A stretch of 64,000 nucleotides of DNA, taken from the NCBI GenBank assembly GCA_951406725.2, contig OX597817.1:78554001-78618000 (forward strand). Direction: 5' to 3'. The notes beneath the pieces were generated by a model. It worked only from the letters and a program-made list of their open reading frames with translations, had not been told where the DNA came from and ran no database searches. The DNA comes from Octopus vulgaris. Taxonomy: Eukaryota. Made by a program: the position numbers and the translations under genes. This document shows, in pieces, positions 12,282 through 26,616 of this stretch. Position 1 is the stretch's first letter; each line of letters opens with the position of its first letter.

Positions 12282-12805
12282 CATATATATATAATTACAC
12301 ACACATACATTTATTCAAAGAACTTTGCAAAGAGGTGGTATTAGGGCTATATATATATATTTATATATATATATATATATACATATATATAATAATAATT
12401 ATTATTTGAGGGAATATTAATCCTAACTTACAGGGAAAAAATTCAATTTAGAAATACTAAATCAAATTTCAAACAATATAATATATATATATATATATAA
12501 AATTAGAAAGAACCACCTTTTATCAATTCAAAATGAACAATTAAATTACACCATCTAGAAAATTACATATAATAGAAATATTAGAATTGAAATAACAATA
12601 AAATACCAATGATTAAGTAAATTGCAAAAAAGTAATATAAACATATATAATTGGTAGAATAACATATATATATATATATATAACGGGAAGCTTTATGAAA
12701 ATAGACAAAAGACGAAGGCAGGTGGAAAACAAACAAACAATTGTATTAGTATGGCGCTCAGGAAATATATATATACACATACATATATATGTTATATAAT
12801 ACATA

Positions 12806-12856
<51 letters not shown>

Positions 12857-12858
<2 letters not shown>

Positions 12859-13272
12859 TGCAGGAGTGGCTGTGTGGTAAATAGCTTGCTTACCAACCAC
12901 ATGGCTCTGGGTCCAATCCCACTGTGTGGCACCTTGGGCAAGTGTCTTCTACTATAGCCTCAGGTTGACCAAAGCCTTGTGAGTGAATTTGGTAGACAGA
13001 AACTGATAGAAGCCTGTTATATATATGTATATGTATATAAATGTGTGTGTGTGTTTGTGTGTCTGTGTTTGTGCCTCCCAACATCTCTTGACAACCAATA
13101 CTGGTGTGTTTACATCTCTGTAACTTACTGGTTTGGCAAAAGAGACCGATAGAATAAGTACTAGGCTTACAAAGAATAAGTCCTGGGGTTGATTTGCTTG
13201 ACTAAAAGGTGATGCTCCAGCATAGCCGCAGTCAAATGACTGAAACAAGTAAAAGAGTAAAAGAGTAAAGAG
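12857..13272 (+). mobile_element. tRNA-derived SINE, family A, with internal microsatellite
   Basis: Head with A/B-box-like tggctgtgtggtaa..ggtccaatccc, central ccttgggcaagtgtcttctactatagc, and a (taaaagag)n tail. More than 15 further copies or fragments occur in the window. Confidence 0.85.
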
Positions 13273-13528
13273 AATATATGTGTGTGTGTCTGTATATGTG
13301 TGCATCCATATGTATATACATTTACTTATTACGTATAAAACTACCCACGTGGCGCCTAAACAGAATACATAACATATTAATTTGCACATACTCTTCTATA
13401 TATGTGTATTAACTTGTTTCTGCTGTAATGTTACTATCACAATTAACTGCATCTTTTCCGTTTTCTTCTGCACCAATTATCTGTATCCTTCACTATCATA
13501 TCATATATCACCCTCCTCCTCCGCCTTC

Positions 13529-13559
<31 letters not shown>

Positions 13560-13774
13560 GAGAAGCAATAGCAGCAGAAGTAGTGTTTCACATTTGATGT
13601 TCCATGCTGGTATGGATTGGATGCATTTTCTTCTTGGTGCCAAGACTTTTAGAGTAATCAGTTCTTACAACATAAAGACATTGAACCTATTCTAAAACTA
13701 GGATATTCATATATATATATATATACATATATATGAATATTCAATATACATATATATATGTATGTATGTATGTA

Positions 13775-13819
<45 letters not shown>

Positions 13820-13844
13820 GTACACATATACATATATATGTATG

Positions 13845-13899
<55 letters not shown>

Positions 13900-15425
13900 C
13901 AAAATGGGACAAGAATGCAAAACATCCAGATAAACGATACAAAGAAAACAAAGATGGGTCATTTGGAGTTTTCTTTCCTCAGTCAAGTTCCAGATTATCT
14001 TTGAAATTTCGGCTGGTTATATATATATGTGTGTGTGTGTGTGTGTATACTCATATATATATATTACATATATTATATATTCATATATACACACAATTAC
14101 ACAAATACATATAAATAGAAAGAGAAAGAGAGTGGGAGAGAGATTTATATATTTATTTGTGTATGTATGGATGGATACAAGTGAGTGGACAAATGAAAGA
14201 AAGTGGTACTGAACACATTTTGTAGGGGTTACATATATTTTCAATAATAGTTTTACTCAGTTCCACATGACTTCAAGGTTTGTGGGTAAATAGGACATGC
14301 CCATCTCATCAGATGCTAGGAGTAGATTGGTAATTTTTACTGGTGAATGTTCAAAAATATATTTGCACTAAACATAGAAATATTTGAAATAGTGAATAAA
14401 TACACTTTATGACTATTTTTGAGGAGATGGATTTTGCCTCACTATCAGAATTCCAGTCTGAACCCCGACATCTATTCAGTTTCTGCAGAAGCCAATCACA
14501 AATGGTTTACCAGGAGAAATGCTGTTCTACCTAGAAAATAAATGTAGTTCTATATAAAGCTTCATTTACCATAAACGGTTTCATATATCTTGTCACCTGA
14601 CTTGAGTGCATGCCCTGACATCTCTTCACCTTCTCTTCTTTTCCAAATGAGGTAGCCACATATCTCTTCTACTACAAACACCTGTCACTCTATCATACTT
14701 CATTCTCTTATAACCTAGCATAAATCCACCTCATACAATACTCACACCCGTCTCAGTTATTTGGTGACCTCACTGGTGCTGGTGCCACATACAAAACACC
14801 TAGTACATTCTGTGAAATGGTTGCCATTAGAAAGGGCATTAGGAAGGGTATCCAACCATAGAAACTATACCAAAGCATACAGGTATAGTCCTCAATTTCA
14901 TTGGTTCCTGTCAAATCATTAAATCCATGACAGTACATAAAATGGATATTAAATAACTATTATGAGAATGAAATTTAAAACCACAAGGAGACAACAGATG
15001 TTTCAAAAAAGAATTCTGTCATTGCAGCTGTCTGTCAATCAAATTATCACATATGTCTGCTACAGTGAAATAATAACGGTTCTTATACTGTTTCATAGAA
15101 TAACTGGAATTTAAAGTCACAGCCTGTAATCTTTGTTTTGCAGGTATTTGATAAATGTCAAACATATCACTACTTGATATACTGGTCATCATTCTTTACT
15201 GCTCTCAGACATCTTTCTCACCCTCACATCGCCTACTATCATTTGGTGATATCATAGATGTCTTTGATGAAATGTGTTGTAATTAGTATGCCAAAATAAA
15301 AACAAAAATATACAGGTGTATTAGTAATTATTTGATAAATATCTATTACCAGTTCTGAATGTGTATGTAATGAGCCAAAGTTTCTTGTCAAAACATTTCG
15401 TTCTTAACTGTGTGACTTATATAAT

Positions 15426-15841
15426 GGGTGCAGACGTGGCTGTGTGGTAGGAAGTTTGCTTCCAAACCACATGTTTCCAGGTTCAGTCCCGCTGCATGGC
15501 AGCTTGGGCAAGTGTCTTCTACTATAACCTCTGGCTAACCAAAGCCTTGTGACTGGATTTGGTAGATGGAAACTGAAAGAAGCCTGTCATACATGTATAT
15601 GTATATATCTATATCTATGTGTATGTGACTTTGTACCTGTGTTTGTCTGTGCACCACTGCTTGGCAACTGGTGTTAGTGTGTTCGCATCCTTGTAACTTA
15701 GCGGTTCAGTGAAAGGAACTGATAGAATAAGTACCAGGCTTAAAAAATAATCACTGGGGTCAATTCCTTTGACTGAAAAATCCAAGGTGGTACCCCAGCA
15801 TGGCCACTGCCTAATGACTGAAACAAGTTAAAGATAAAAGA
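15426..15841 (+). mobile_element. SINE family A copy
   Basis: Colinear with 12857-13272. Confidence 0.85.
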
Positions 15842-16097
15842 CTATCAGCAACAATAAAATATCTACAATACATGTGTGTGTATGTGTGTGTGTTTTGTGT
15901 GTGGCGAAGCAATTAGCTGACCCCTGATTATAATTATATTTATAAGTATAGAATATTTGTGTATATATGTATAGATATATATATATATATATATAGTTAA
16001 TCCAAACATGAAAACACAAAGAGAAAACACAACAACGTGAGGATGTGGAACAAATATAGTATTATTGGATGCTCAGGAAGGATGGGAAGAAGGAGGG

Positions 16098-16130
16098 TTT
16101 AACGTTTCGAGTGGAGCTCTTCATCAGAAA
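16098..16130 (-). ncRNA. Minimal hammerhead ribozyme motif within a Penelope-like terminal fragment (~15995-16206)
   Basis: Minus strand: ttt-CTGATGA-a-gag-ctcca-ctc-GAAA-cgtTA-aac, with palindromic AACGTT at stem III. Confidence 0.7.
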
Positions 16131-16946
16131 AATAGGAAAAGGAAAGATCCAGAGAAGGGAAAACGGAGGAAAAAAATCGCCAACGGTACACACACGGTCA
16201 CATTACACATATGTGTGTGTGTGTGTGTGTGCATATCTATATATATGTATGTATCGATAAACTGATAGATAGATAGATAGATAAATAGATAGTTATATAC
16301 ACGCACACATGCACACATACACACTCATTCTCATATACATATATATGTACACACATATTTATACACAAATATATATTTTACAGGTGTTCTCAATTGACAA
16401 ATGACATGATTGGAGAGCATGTGTTGATTTAGACGTTGCCAAACCATCTCTATATTTGCTTTTGTTTATCATTTTGTAATGGTATGATACAATATAGCAC
16501 GTCAAAAAGGTTTGTTGTACATGTACTGACACAAAATGAAGTGGTGAAATTATTCTGTCTGTGATCAGGTTGTAGATGTACTACAAAATATTTTGACACT
16601 TTCTACTATATACATTGTAATACTATCACAAAATAAAAACAGAACTAAATATTATGACATGTGTGAGTTGTAAATGGTTAACGCGACTTGTCTACTATTT
16701 AATTGTTTATATTTATTTATACATATGAACTAAATATATAAATAGTTATATATTTAGTCTTATATGTATTTATAGATGGATAGATATAGATATATGTATA
16801 TAAATAATACATGCCCACCTTTATTTATAAATGTATCCATTCATCAAACTAAATGAATAAACACGACTGTGTGTTTTGAGTAAGTTCTCTTGATTGCAAA
16901 TACAAACACAAATACACAGATATATATTTATGTATATATATATATA

Positions 16947-17348
16947 GTTGCAGGCATCGCTGTGTGGTAAGAAGCTTGCTTCCCAGCCAAATGGTTCTGA
17001 GTTCAGTCCCACTGCATGGCACTTTGGGCAAGTGTCTTCTACTATAGCTTTGAGTTGGCTGAAGAGAGTATTTGGTAGACAGAAACTGAAAGAAGCCTGT
17101 TGTATATAAATATATACATATACATATATATGTGTGTATGTGTCTGTGTTTGCCCCCACCACCACCATCGCATAACAACTAAAGTTGGTGTGTTTACATC
17201 CCTGTAATTTAGCAGTTCAGCAAAATAGCCTGATAGAATAAGTACTAGGCTTACAAAGACTAAGTCCTGGGGTCGATTTGTTCAACGAAAGTTGATGCTA
17301 CAGCATGGCTGCAGTGAAACAACTGAAAAAATAAAAGAATAAAAGAAT
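16947..17348 (+). mobile_element. SINE family A copy
   Basis: Colinear with 12857-13272. Confidence 0.85.
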
Positions 17349-17806
17349 TTATATATATATATATATATCTTTTACTGTTTACCTGTTTCAATGAATGGGC
17401 TGAGGCCATGCTGGATTACTGCTTTCCAGGATATGGTTGAACGAATTGAACCCAGTACATTTGTTTTTTTTTGAGCCTGGTACTTATTTCACCAGTCATT
17501 TTTTGCTGAACCACTAAAATTATGACAAAGTAAATAAACCATGACCGCTTGTCAAGAATTGGTGGGGGATAAACACACACACACACACATATACATAAGT
17601 AATTATTTGGATCTTGGGTATATGGTTAGTAGTATGCTGATTAAAGCACTTACACTGTTTAGGCTATCTAATGTGACCCACAGTTATAATATAATTGTTA
17701 CGGGATCTATGTCAGGAATCCTGCAGTGTCCATTGAGTTTATAATGAATAATGGAAAAGGAAAATGGTGTTTGCAAGAATCTTTCTGTTTCAATCATTCA
17801 TTATAA

Positions 17807-17839
<33 letters not shown>

Positions 17840-18126
17840 TGCATATATATGTGTGTATACGTATGTATTTATAAATGTATGTATATATATATATTTAGAT
17901 TTGTATATATAAATATGATGGACTCTCCCGTCGTTAGCTGACATATCAGAGTTTGACAATTTCTTACCAAACAACCACGCACAATTTGTTTATAGTCATC
18001 AAATGTTTGTCTAGACATAAGCTTACTTCCTCCATCAAATCGAACCCATCAACTTGCAATTGTGAGTGCAATACCCTAACCACTAAGCCATGCACCTTTA
18101 CACACACACACATGCACATACATATG

Positions 18127-18173
<47 letters not shown>

Positions 18174-18906
18174 ATATATATATGTATGTAAATACACACA
18201 TATATATAGATATATATATATATGATGATGATGATGATATATGACAAGCTTCTTTCAGTTTCCGTCATACAAATCCACTCAGATTTGGTTGGCCCCACAC
18301 TATAGGTGAAGACATTTGCCCAAGATGCCATGAAGTAAGACTGAACCTGCAATCATGTGGTTGGGAAACAGACTTCTTACCACAGAGCTACACCTCTGCC
18401 TACACACACACACACACACATGTATATATACACACTCATAAATACACATGCCTATACATATGCATATGAATTGAGTCACATAAACAGATAAACAGTCTCT
18501 CTGTTGCTCTTTAGCTATATATTAGTTTACCTCTCCTTCTAAGGCTGTGAACTGGCAGAGTTTAGAGAACGACTGGTAGTATTTACTTCAGCCCTTTGCT
18601 TTAGCCTTGTTTGTCTATCATCCCTTAGGTGTTAACACATGAAGCACAAGTCAATTATTGAGGTCACATGTTGCTCCCTCTCTTGCTTCTCTCTTTTTTC
18701 ACTCACTGTCTCTCGCTTCCTCTCTCTTGGAATTGGTTGCATGAAGGGGCTACAAACAGGGACATTCAGATTAGGGACCCATCAGTTCATTCACCATCAC
18801 TCTGTAGATGCAAGATGTCTTATTCTTTATAGGCAATGGTAATGTAGACAGTTGTCTTTTGAATTGAGTGTCAGTTCTATTTAACTCTGTTCTGCCTGTC
18901 TCAACA

Positions 18907-18907
<1 letters not shown>

Positions 18908-18971
<64 letters not shown>

Positions 18972-19149
18972 AATCTATCTTTCTATCTTTCATTCTGTCT
19001 GTCTATGTATTGATATATATATATATATATGTATCTGTCAAACCACCTATCATTCTATCTACTCAGTAATGTAAACAATTGTCTATTGAATTGGGTGTCA
19101 GTTCCATTTAGTTCTGTTCCGTCTGTCTGTCTGTCTATCTATCTGTCTA

Positions 19150-19226
<77 letters not shown>

Positions 19227-19254
19227 ATCTATCTGTCTGTCTATCCATCCATCC

Positions 19255-19327
<73 letters not shown>

Positions 19328-19482
19328 ATCTATCTGTCTGTCTGTCTGTCCTTCTGTCTAACTATCTATCTATCTAGCTAGCTAGCTAGCTACCTATCTA
19401 TCAGACTTTCTCATTCTCTATTCATTTATCTATCTATTTAACTACCTAGCTATATGCTTATGCATCTGTCTGTCTGCTACTC

Positions 19483-19531
<49 letters not shown>

Positions 19532-19532
19532 T

Positions 19533-19569
<37 letters not shown>

Positions 19570-19636
19570 CTATCTACCTATTTATCATCTCTCTCTCTCT
19601 CTCTCATTCTATCTATCTATCTATCTGTCTATCTAT
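18908..19636. repeat. (TCTA)n/(TC)n tetranucleotide arrays
   Basis: Directly visible. Confidence 0.95.
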
Positions 19637-20091
19637 TAACATACCAGCAAGTCATAAACCAAGCAACTAACCACCCAACCAGCCAACCAAACAGCCAGCC
19701 AGCCAGCGACTAACCAACCATCATGCCACAGAGCATTGATTTCAAGCCACATCCTCCCCTCCTAGCGCAGCAAAAATCTTTTGAATGACAGATGATATGA
19801 GTTAGAACATAAGAGACCTGTAATATCCATCAAAGACTTGTCATTATGACAGTAAAGCGCCAGTCGAGCTTATTTCTAAGCTGGTCTCTTTCACTGGGTT
19901 TGATGATTTGCCAAACAAGCTTCCGGTAGGTTTCTAGCTCTTCCTGTGCTCATCATGGCATGGATATATTATGTTAGTGCGTGTTTCAAAGTATGTGTGT
20001 ATGTGTGAATGTGTGTGTTTATGTGTGTGATATCAACTATATATATATATATATATATACACACACAAACGCACACATGTATGCATGTATG

Positions 20092-20128
<37 letters not shown>

Positions 20129-20172
20129 GTCAACACATATATATGAATATGTGTGTGTGCATGAGCATATAT

Positions 20173-20235
<63 letters not shown>

Positions 20236-20328
20236 CATACATACATACATACATATATATGTATATACACATACCTATATATATATATATATACATACAT
20301 ATATATATATATACATATATATATATAC

Positions 20329-20366
<38 letters not shown>

Positions 20367-20931
20367 TCATACATACATGCATACATTTATATATATATGT
20401 GTGTATGTATGTATATATATTTATGTATATATGCCGTATGTGTGTGCATATATGTATGTAGGTATACAGACACAAACGTGTACGCAAGAAGCAGGGAAAG
20501 AAAGAGAGCGACAGACACAGAGCGAGAGAGAGGGAGAAGGGTGGCAAGGTGGGGGGGAGAGAGAACGAGTGGAAGCAGAGATGAAAGAAGAAGAGAAGAA
20601 AGAGAAAAGAGCCGCAGACATGTCAAGCTTCAACTGTTACACAGTTATGAAATTCATTATGCAGTTAGTAATGACTTTAACAGTTACAGGTATATATACG
20701 AGCAGGCAAATTTATAGCCTTACTCGCACAAAGATATCTGCTCGATCTACGCAAACATATATATACTTACGCACACACTAGCTCACTATGACGTATTTAC
20801 CTTAAACTTAACCAGGCTTGCATACATCTGTGTGAGAATATACATGTATATATTTATATATGTATGTATAGATGTATGTATATGCATATACTTATACACA
20901 CACACACGCATCCAGAAATTTGCACGTATGA

Positions 20932-20968
<37 letters not shown>

Positions 20969-21157
20969 ACTTAATACACACATACTCTATATATTCAATA
21001 CGAGCACATATATAGTTACATGAGTATATATGAGTATATACTCACAAGAGTATATAAGGTTATGTGAAATTAATTTGTGAACCATTTAGAATTTTACAAA
21101 GCCAAAAACACTATTGTATTAAATGTAGGTATATATGTGTGTATACTTACATACATA

Positions 21158-21190
<33 letters not shown>

Positions 21191-21192
21191 GT

Positions 21193-21223
<31 letters not shown>

Positions 21224-21961
21224 TATGTATGTATATTTATATATATGTATATATATATATATATGTATGTATGTATATATATATATATATGTATGTATAT
21301 ATATATATATATATATATAGATAGATAGATAGATACATACATACATACATACATACATACATACATACATACATACATACATACATACATACATACATAC
21401 ATACATACATACATACACACATATTAAACACTGTGTGTAAATAGGGAATTGATTGAAACCCAGCCATGAAACTGGGATGGAAGTGAAAGCAAATATCTTG
21501 ACATCTCACATCAAACTGCAAGTACCAAGCAGTTGACCATGTCAAAAATGTGTTAACACTTAAACTCTTCCAAGCTAGTTTCTCCCCAGCTGTGATGTAG
21601 TACTATAAGCAGAAAAAGGATCTTCATTCAATGATTAGCAGCACTAAATATATAATTATTAACTGTTTCAGTAGGTTACCTTGCTATTTCAAGTCCTTTC
21701 AAAGAGAAAGGAACATGAATGTTTTCCTGCAGTATTTAAGTATTGGCTACTATCCTTGAGATCCCTTCATCTGCCTTGTCATTATACTATTTGTACTTAG
21801 GGATGTAGTTGAGTACAGGGTACTTTTAATGGTTTCTCTATAGTAATCCCTAACTTCTTAAATTCACCACACAGACGTATCAAACACTATGTGGACATCG
21901 TTTCCATTGACATGTTATGTTATGACATATATATCTATATCTATTATTATCATTATTATTA

Positions 21962-22262
21962 TTCGAGCGTGATCGTTACCAGCGTCGCGTTACTGGCACC
22001 TGTGCTGGTGGCACGTGTAAAAAGATTTGAGAGAGGTCGTCACCAGTACCGCCTGACTGGCCTCCAGCCCGGTGGCACGTAAAAAACACCCACTACTCTC
22101 TCGGAGCGGTTGGCGTTAGGAAGGGCATCCAGCTGTAGAAATTCTGCCAGATCAAGATTGGAGCCTGGTGCAGCCATCTGGTTCGCCAGCCCTCACTCAA
22201 AATCGTTCAACCCATGCGAGCATGGAAAGTGGACGTTAAACGATGATGATGACGATGATGAT
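21962..22262 (+). mobile_element. RTE-like retroposon 3' end
   Basis: gttggcgttaggaagggcatccagctgtagaa..ggacgttaaacgatgatgat. CpG-rich, so probably young. Confidence 0.75.
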
Positions 22263-22405
22263 AGTAAAAGTTCGTTATAGGCATGTATAATAAAAATGGA
22301 GAAAAGATGTTAAAACTTTTAACATCTCTTCTCCTTTTTTTATAATTGTTAGTAGTACTTTATATACAAGTTTATCTTATACATACCTATAACGAACTTT
22401 TTACT
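22263..22405. repeat. Nested inverted repeat
   Basis: Outer arms agtaaaagttcgttataggcatgtataa / ttatacatacctataacgaactttttact; inner hairpin ggagaaaagatgttaaa / tttaacatctcttctcc. Confidence 0.85.
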
Positions 22406-22528
22406 TGGTATTTTCATATTTCAATAGCTTACTCTAACAGGCTATCTTTTCGATATGATGAATATTTATTAGAAATATTTCCTCTTTTTGGACTCCTCAA
22501 AAAGTTTGAATTGTTCTACTTGAACTTA

Positions 22529-22574
<46 letters not shown>

Positions 22575-22576
<2 letters not shown>

Positions 22577-22872
22577 AAGAAAACAGAAAATGGAGAAGTT
22601 CTGATGAACAACAATTGACTTGCATCAGTTATTATTTATTAATTCAATACAAATAGACTGCATCCCATCTAACAGCTGTTTCTGCTTCCTATGTTGTATG
22701 GTATTGCCTTTGATATGCAAAAATATTTGAAAATATTGATCATATTTGGTAATAAAACCGACCAGAAACAGCTGTTAGATGGGATGCAGTCTATTTGTAT
22801 TGAATTAATAAATAATAACTGATGTAAGTCAATTGTTGTTCATCAGTACTTCTCAATTTGCTGTTATCTTTA
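22575..22872. repeat. Fold-back palindrome with ~110-bp arms
   Basis: 22575-22684 pairs with 22763-22872. Both arms terminate internally at GAAACAGCTGTTA, a hammerhead 3' half. Confidence 0.95.
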
Positions 22873-24461
22873 AATTTAGATCTCTGATAAACCTGTTTAT
22901 CTTTGTCTTTACCTTATGAGCATAATATGTTTACATATTCTCGCCCATGGTTAAATATAGGTAATATACCAGTAGTATAATGGATACTTCTATCCCTTAG
23001 ATGGTTATTTTAACCTCTAACTCAACTAACCTATATATATACATTTACCAATATCAATGTCATGATTAGCAAAAATGTGAAACCGGTTAGCTATCATTAT
23101 ATTCTATCCTTTAAAATATATTAAGAATATATAATTTGTGAGTATTTTCCTTCTTTTATTATATATTTCTTCACTATAACTCACTACATGGAAAAATCTC
23201 TTGATCATAGGTCAGGCCTACCTAAGACCTATGTTCAAAAGAAAATAAGCCATTTATGACCATCCCACCATCGTATATTAAGGAAGATATTGTTCATGCT
23301 GCTCAACTGTTTTTAAGATTATAGGGTCTGGTTAAATAGAAATATGCTTGTTATTTCTAGCATGTTGAGTAAGCATGTAGAGCACATGGAAAACCATACC
23401 TCCTAGGTAAATGTATTTTTACTTGTAATGTCAGTCTAATTTAATATGCAAAGTGGTGAGCTGGTAGAATGAATAATGTATGATTCTGAGTTCAAACCCT
23501 GCTAAGATCAACTTTGCCATTCATCCATCTGGGATTGACAAAATAAAGCACCAGTGTTTTTGTTTTTTTAATGAGCCCTAAAATTTTGTACTTCAGCAAA
23601 TATTTAAACTTAATTAAATTATCTATGAAATCTATATACATAATAAAAATTTGTATCAAGTGTCTTGGACAAGTGTCTTCTACTATAGCCTTGGGCCGAC
23701 CAAAGCCTTATGAGTAGATTTGGTAGACAGAAACTGAAAGAACCCAGCGTATATATGTATATGTATGTGTGTTTGTGTGTCTGTGTTTGTCCCCACCCCC
23801 AACATCACTTGACAACTGATGCTGGTGTGTTTATGTCCCTGTAACTTAGCAGATCAGCAAAAGAGACCAACAGAATAAGCACTAGGCTTACAGAGAATAA
23901 GTCGATTTGTTTGACTAAAGGGGGTGCACTAGCATGGCTGCAGTCAAGTGACTGAAACAAGTAAAAGAGTATCAATGGCATAATTCAGTATATCTATCAT
24001 TTATCTTATATTTGTATCACTCATTGAACTATGACCAAGCTGGGGCAACATGGTCATACTTATTCTATTTAGGAGGTACTTGACTAAGTGGTTAGGATGC
24101 TAGACTAATGACCATAAGATTGTAGTTTTAATTCTTGGACCACTTGATGTGTTGTGCTCATGAACAAAACACTTTGTTTCATGTAGTTCCAGTTCACTCA
24201 ACTGGCAAAAGTGATTAATCAAGCAATGATCTAGTGTTCAGTGCTGTTGGCTGGGGGAATATATGTGTCACAGAATCCAGGAAACCAGCCTTATGAGTCT
24301 ATGTTTCAGGAAGGACATGCAATCCTTTGATTTTTAAATGGCTTTGTTGGTCTCTTTACTGAACTGCTAAATTACAGGGATGTAAACAAATCAACACTGG
24401 TTCTCAAGTGTGGTGGGAGATAAACACAAGCGCAATGATACACACTGATAGAAAGATAGAG

Positions 24462-24519
<58 letters not shown>

Positions 24520-24596
24520 GTTGATAGACAGATTGATAGCTACATACATATATATCTAAGAAGTAGAATACTGATGTAGTTTTCAAAGATTTATAG

Positions 24597-24677
24597 GACA
24601 TACACGTATTTCATCAGAATGGTGAAATAATTACATAACCATTGTAGAGATGTTATACACTATACCTCCTCAGTATC
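24597..24677 (-). ncRNA. Hammerhead ribozyme motif with degenerate stem II
   Basis: Minus strand: gata-CTGAGGA-..aatggt..caccatt..-GAAA-tacgtgTA-tgtc. Confidence 0.55.
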
Positions 24678-25042
24678 TAATCATAAATACAATAATCAAT
24701 GTTGAAGCTCCAGATATATACACTTTATCACAACAATTGTTTTGACACATCTAGCATCAATCCTGCATGGGTGGGACACTAAGTAACTGGTTCAGATGCA
24801 TCTGGTGGTGCAGATGTATTGCATCAAGTGATAGATAAATATACAACTTGTTGAAATAACAGTTCTGCAATGTAACTCCTGGTTTTGTAGATGTGTTGAA
24901 ACAATTGCTGTGATTTAATAATAAATTCTCATATATTCCACCTTCCATCTTTCATTTGCCATATACATAACGATCATTGTGAAAGTGACCGTGCTTCACC
25001 AGTAAGCTACCAGGTATAAACTATTCATTTTATTATCCATTT

Positions 25043-25156
<114 letters not shown>

Positions 25157-25165
25157 TATGTGTGT

Positions 25166-25495
25166 GAAGGCATATGGTTCAGTGGTTAAAGTGTCAGTCT
25201 TACAATCGTGCAGTTGTGAGTTCAATTCCCAGACCAGGATGTATGTTATGTTCTTGAGCAAGATACTTTACTTCAAGTTGCTCGAGTTTCCTCAGCTGTA
25301 GAAGTGAGTTGCAATGTCACCAGGGCCAAACTGTATCGACCTTTGCCTTTCCCTGGGTTAACATCAGAGGTGTGGATAAGGGGAAACTGATATGTGTGGG
25401 TGACTGATGGTCTTTTATAAACCATCTTGCACAAACTTGTGCCTCAGAGAGGAACTTTCTGGGTGCAATTCCACAGTCATTCGTGACTGAAAGAG
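25166..25495 (+). mobile_element. tRNA-derived SINE (gaaggcatatggttcagtggtta head)
   Basis: A-box and gagttcaattcc B-box; colinear with 35248-35580. Confidence 0.8.
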
Positions 25496-26317
25496 ATTTT
25501 GCATATATATGTGTGTGTGTATATGTGCGAAGCTTCTTTCAGTCCTAGTTGACAAAGTCCACCCAAAAGACTCCAGCCAACTTTGGGTCATGGCAGAAGA
25601 CACTTGCCCAAGGTGCCATGCAGTTGAACTGAACCTAGAACCATATTGTTGGGAAACAAACCTCTCAACACACAGCTACCCTTGTGCCTGTTTGAAAAGA
25701 TTTTTTAAAAAATCAATTGTTGATGAAATTCAAGCAAGCAGACCAAGTGTGATAGAAATTATAAAAAAAAAATATTCGTATGGGTATATTAAGAACTAAC
25801 CTCTAAAAGTAAATAAGTTATGTGGGAAGATTTACGGAGTTAACTTACTAGAAAACACTAAGTAAACACTTTCGGTTACTATCTTAAAACATATCTTTCT
25901 GCTCAACTAAATTATACTCAAATATGTTTATACACAAATATTATTAAACAAATGAGATATACATAAGATAAGATTAAATCTAAATTATGGTTTCTTTTAT
26001 TATTTTGATTAAAAGAACTGAGAGATCTGAACTTAGATCATTTTAATAAGCTCCTCTAAAATAATACTGACTATATTTTTGAATAGATACCAAGTTCTGT
26101 TTTGGTTGGTAATATTTTATGGTTGGTAACATAAAACTATACATTTAGCAAAACATATGTAAGTAAAAATTAGTTCTATAGTGAATGATAGGCATAACAA
26201 ATGACATTTCAAATAAGATAGTAAATCACAAAAAGTATTTAGTAAAATAAGTAGGTGCAAATATATATATATATATATATATGAATAGAATTTTTGAAGT
26301 GGTGTACAGATATTGTG

Positions 26318-26616
<299 letters not shown>

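Noticed and set aside
15131-15257. Strong acceptor-like tttgttttgcag followed by 37 open codons
   Set aside because: The peptide is unrecognisable and has no supporting neighbouring exons.
17059-17090. CTGAAGA...GAAA inside a SINE
   Set aside because: No stem II pairing and the motif is absent from other copies of the SINE.
17738-17807. Short AT-rich inverted repeat
   Set aside because: Real but short, with no ribozyme core; could arise by chance or local slippage.
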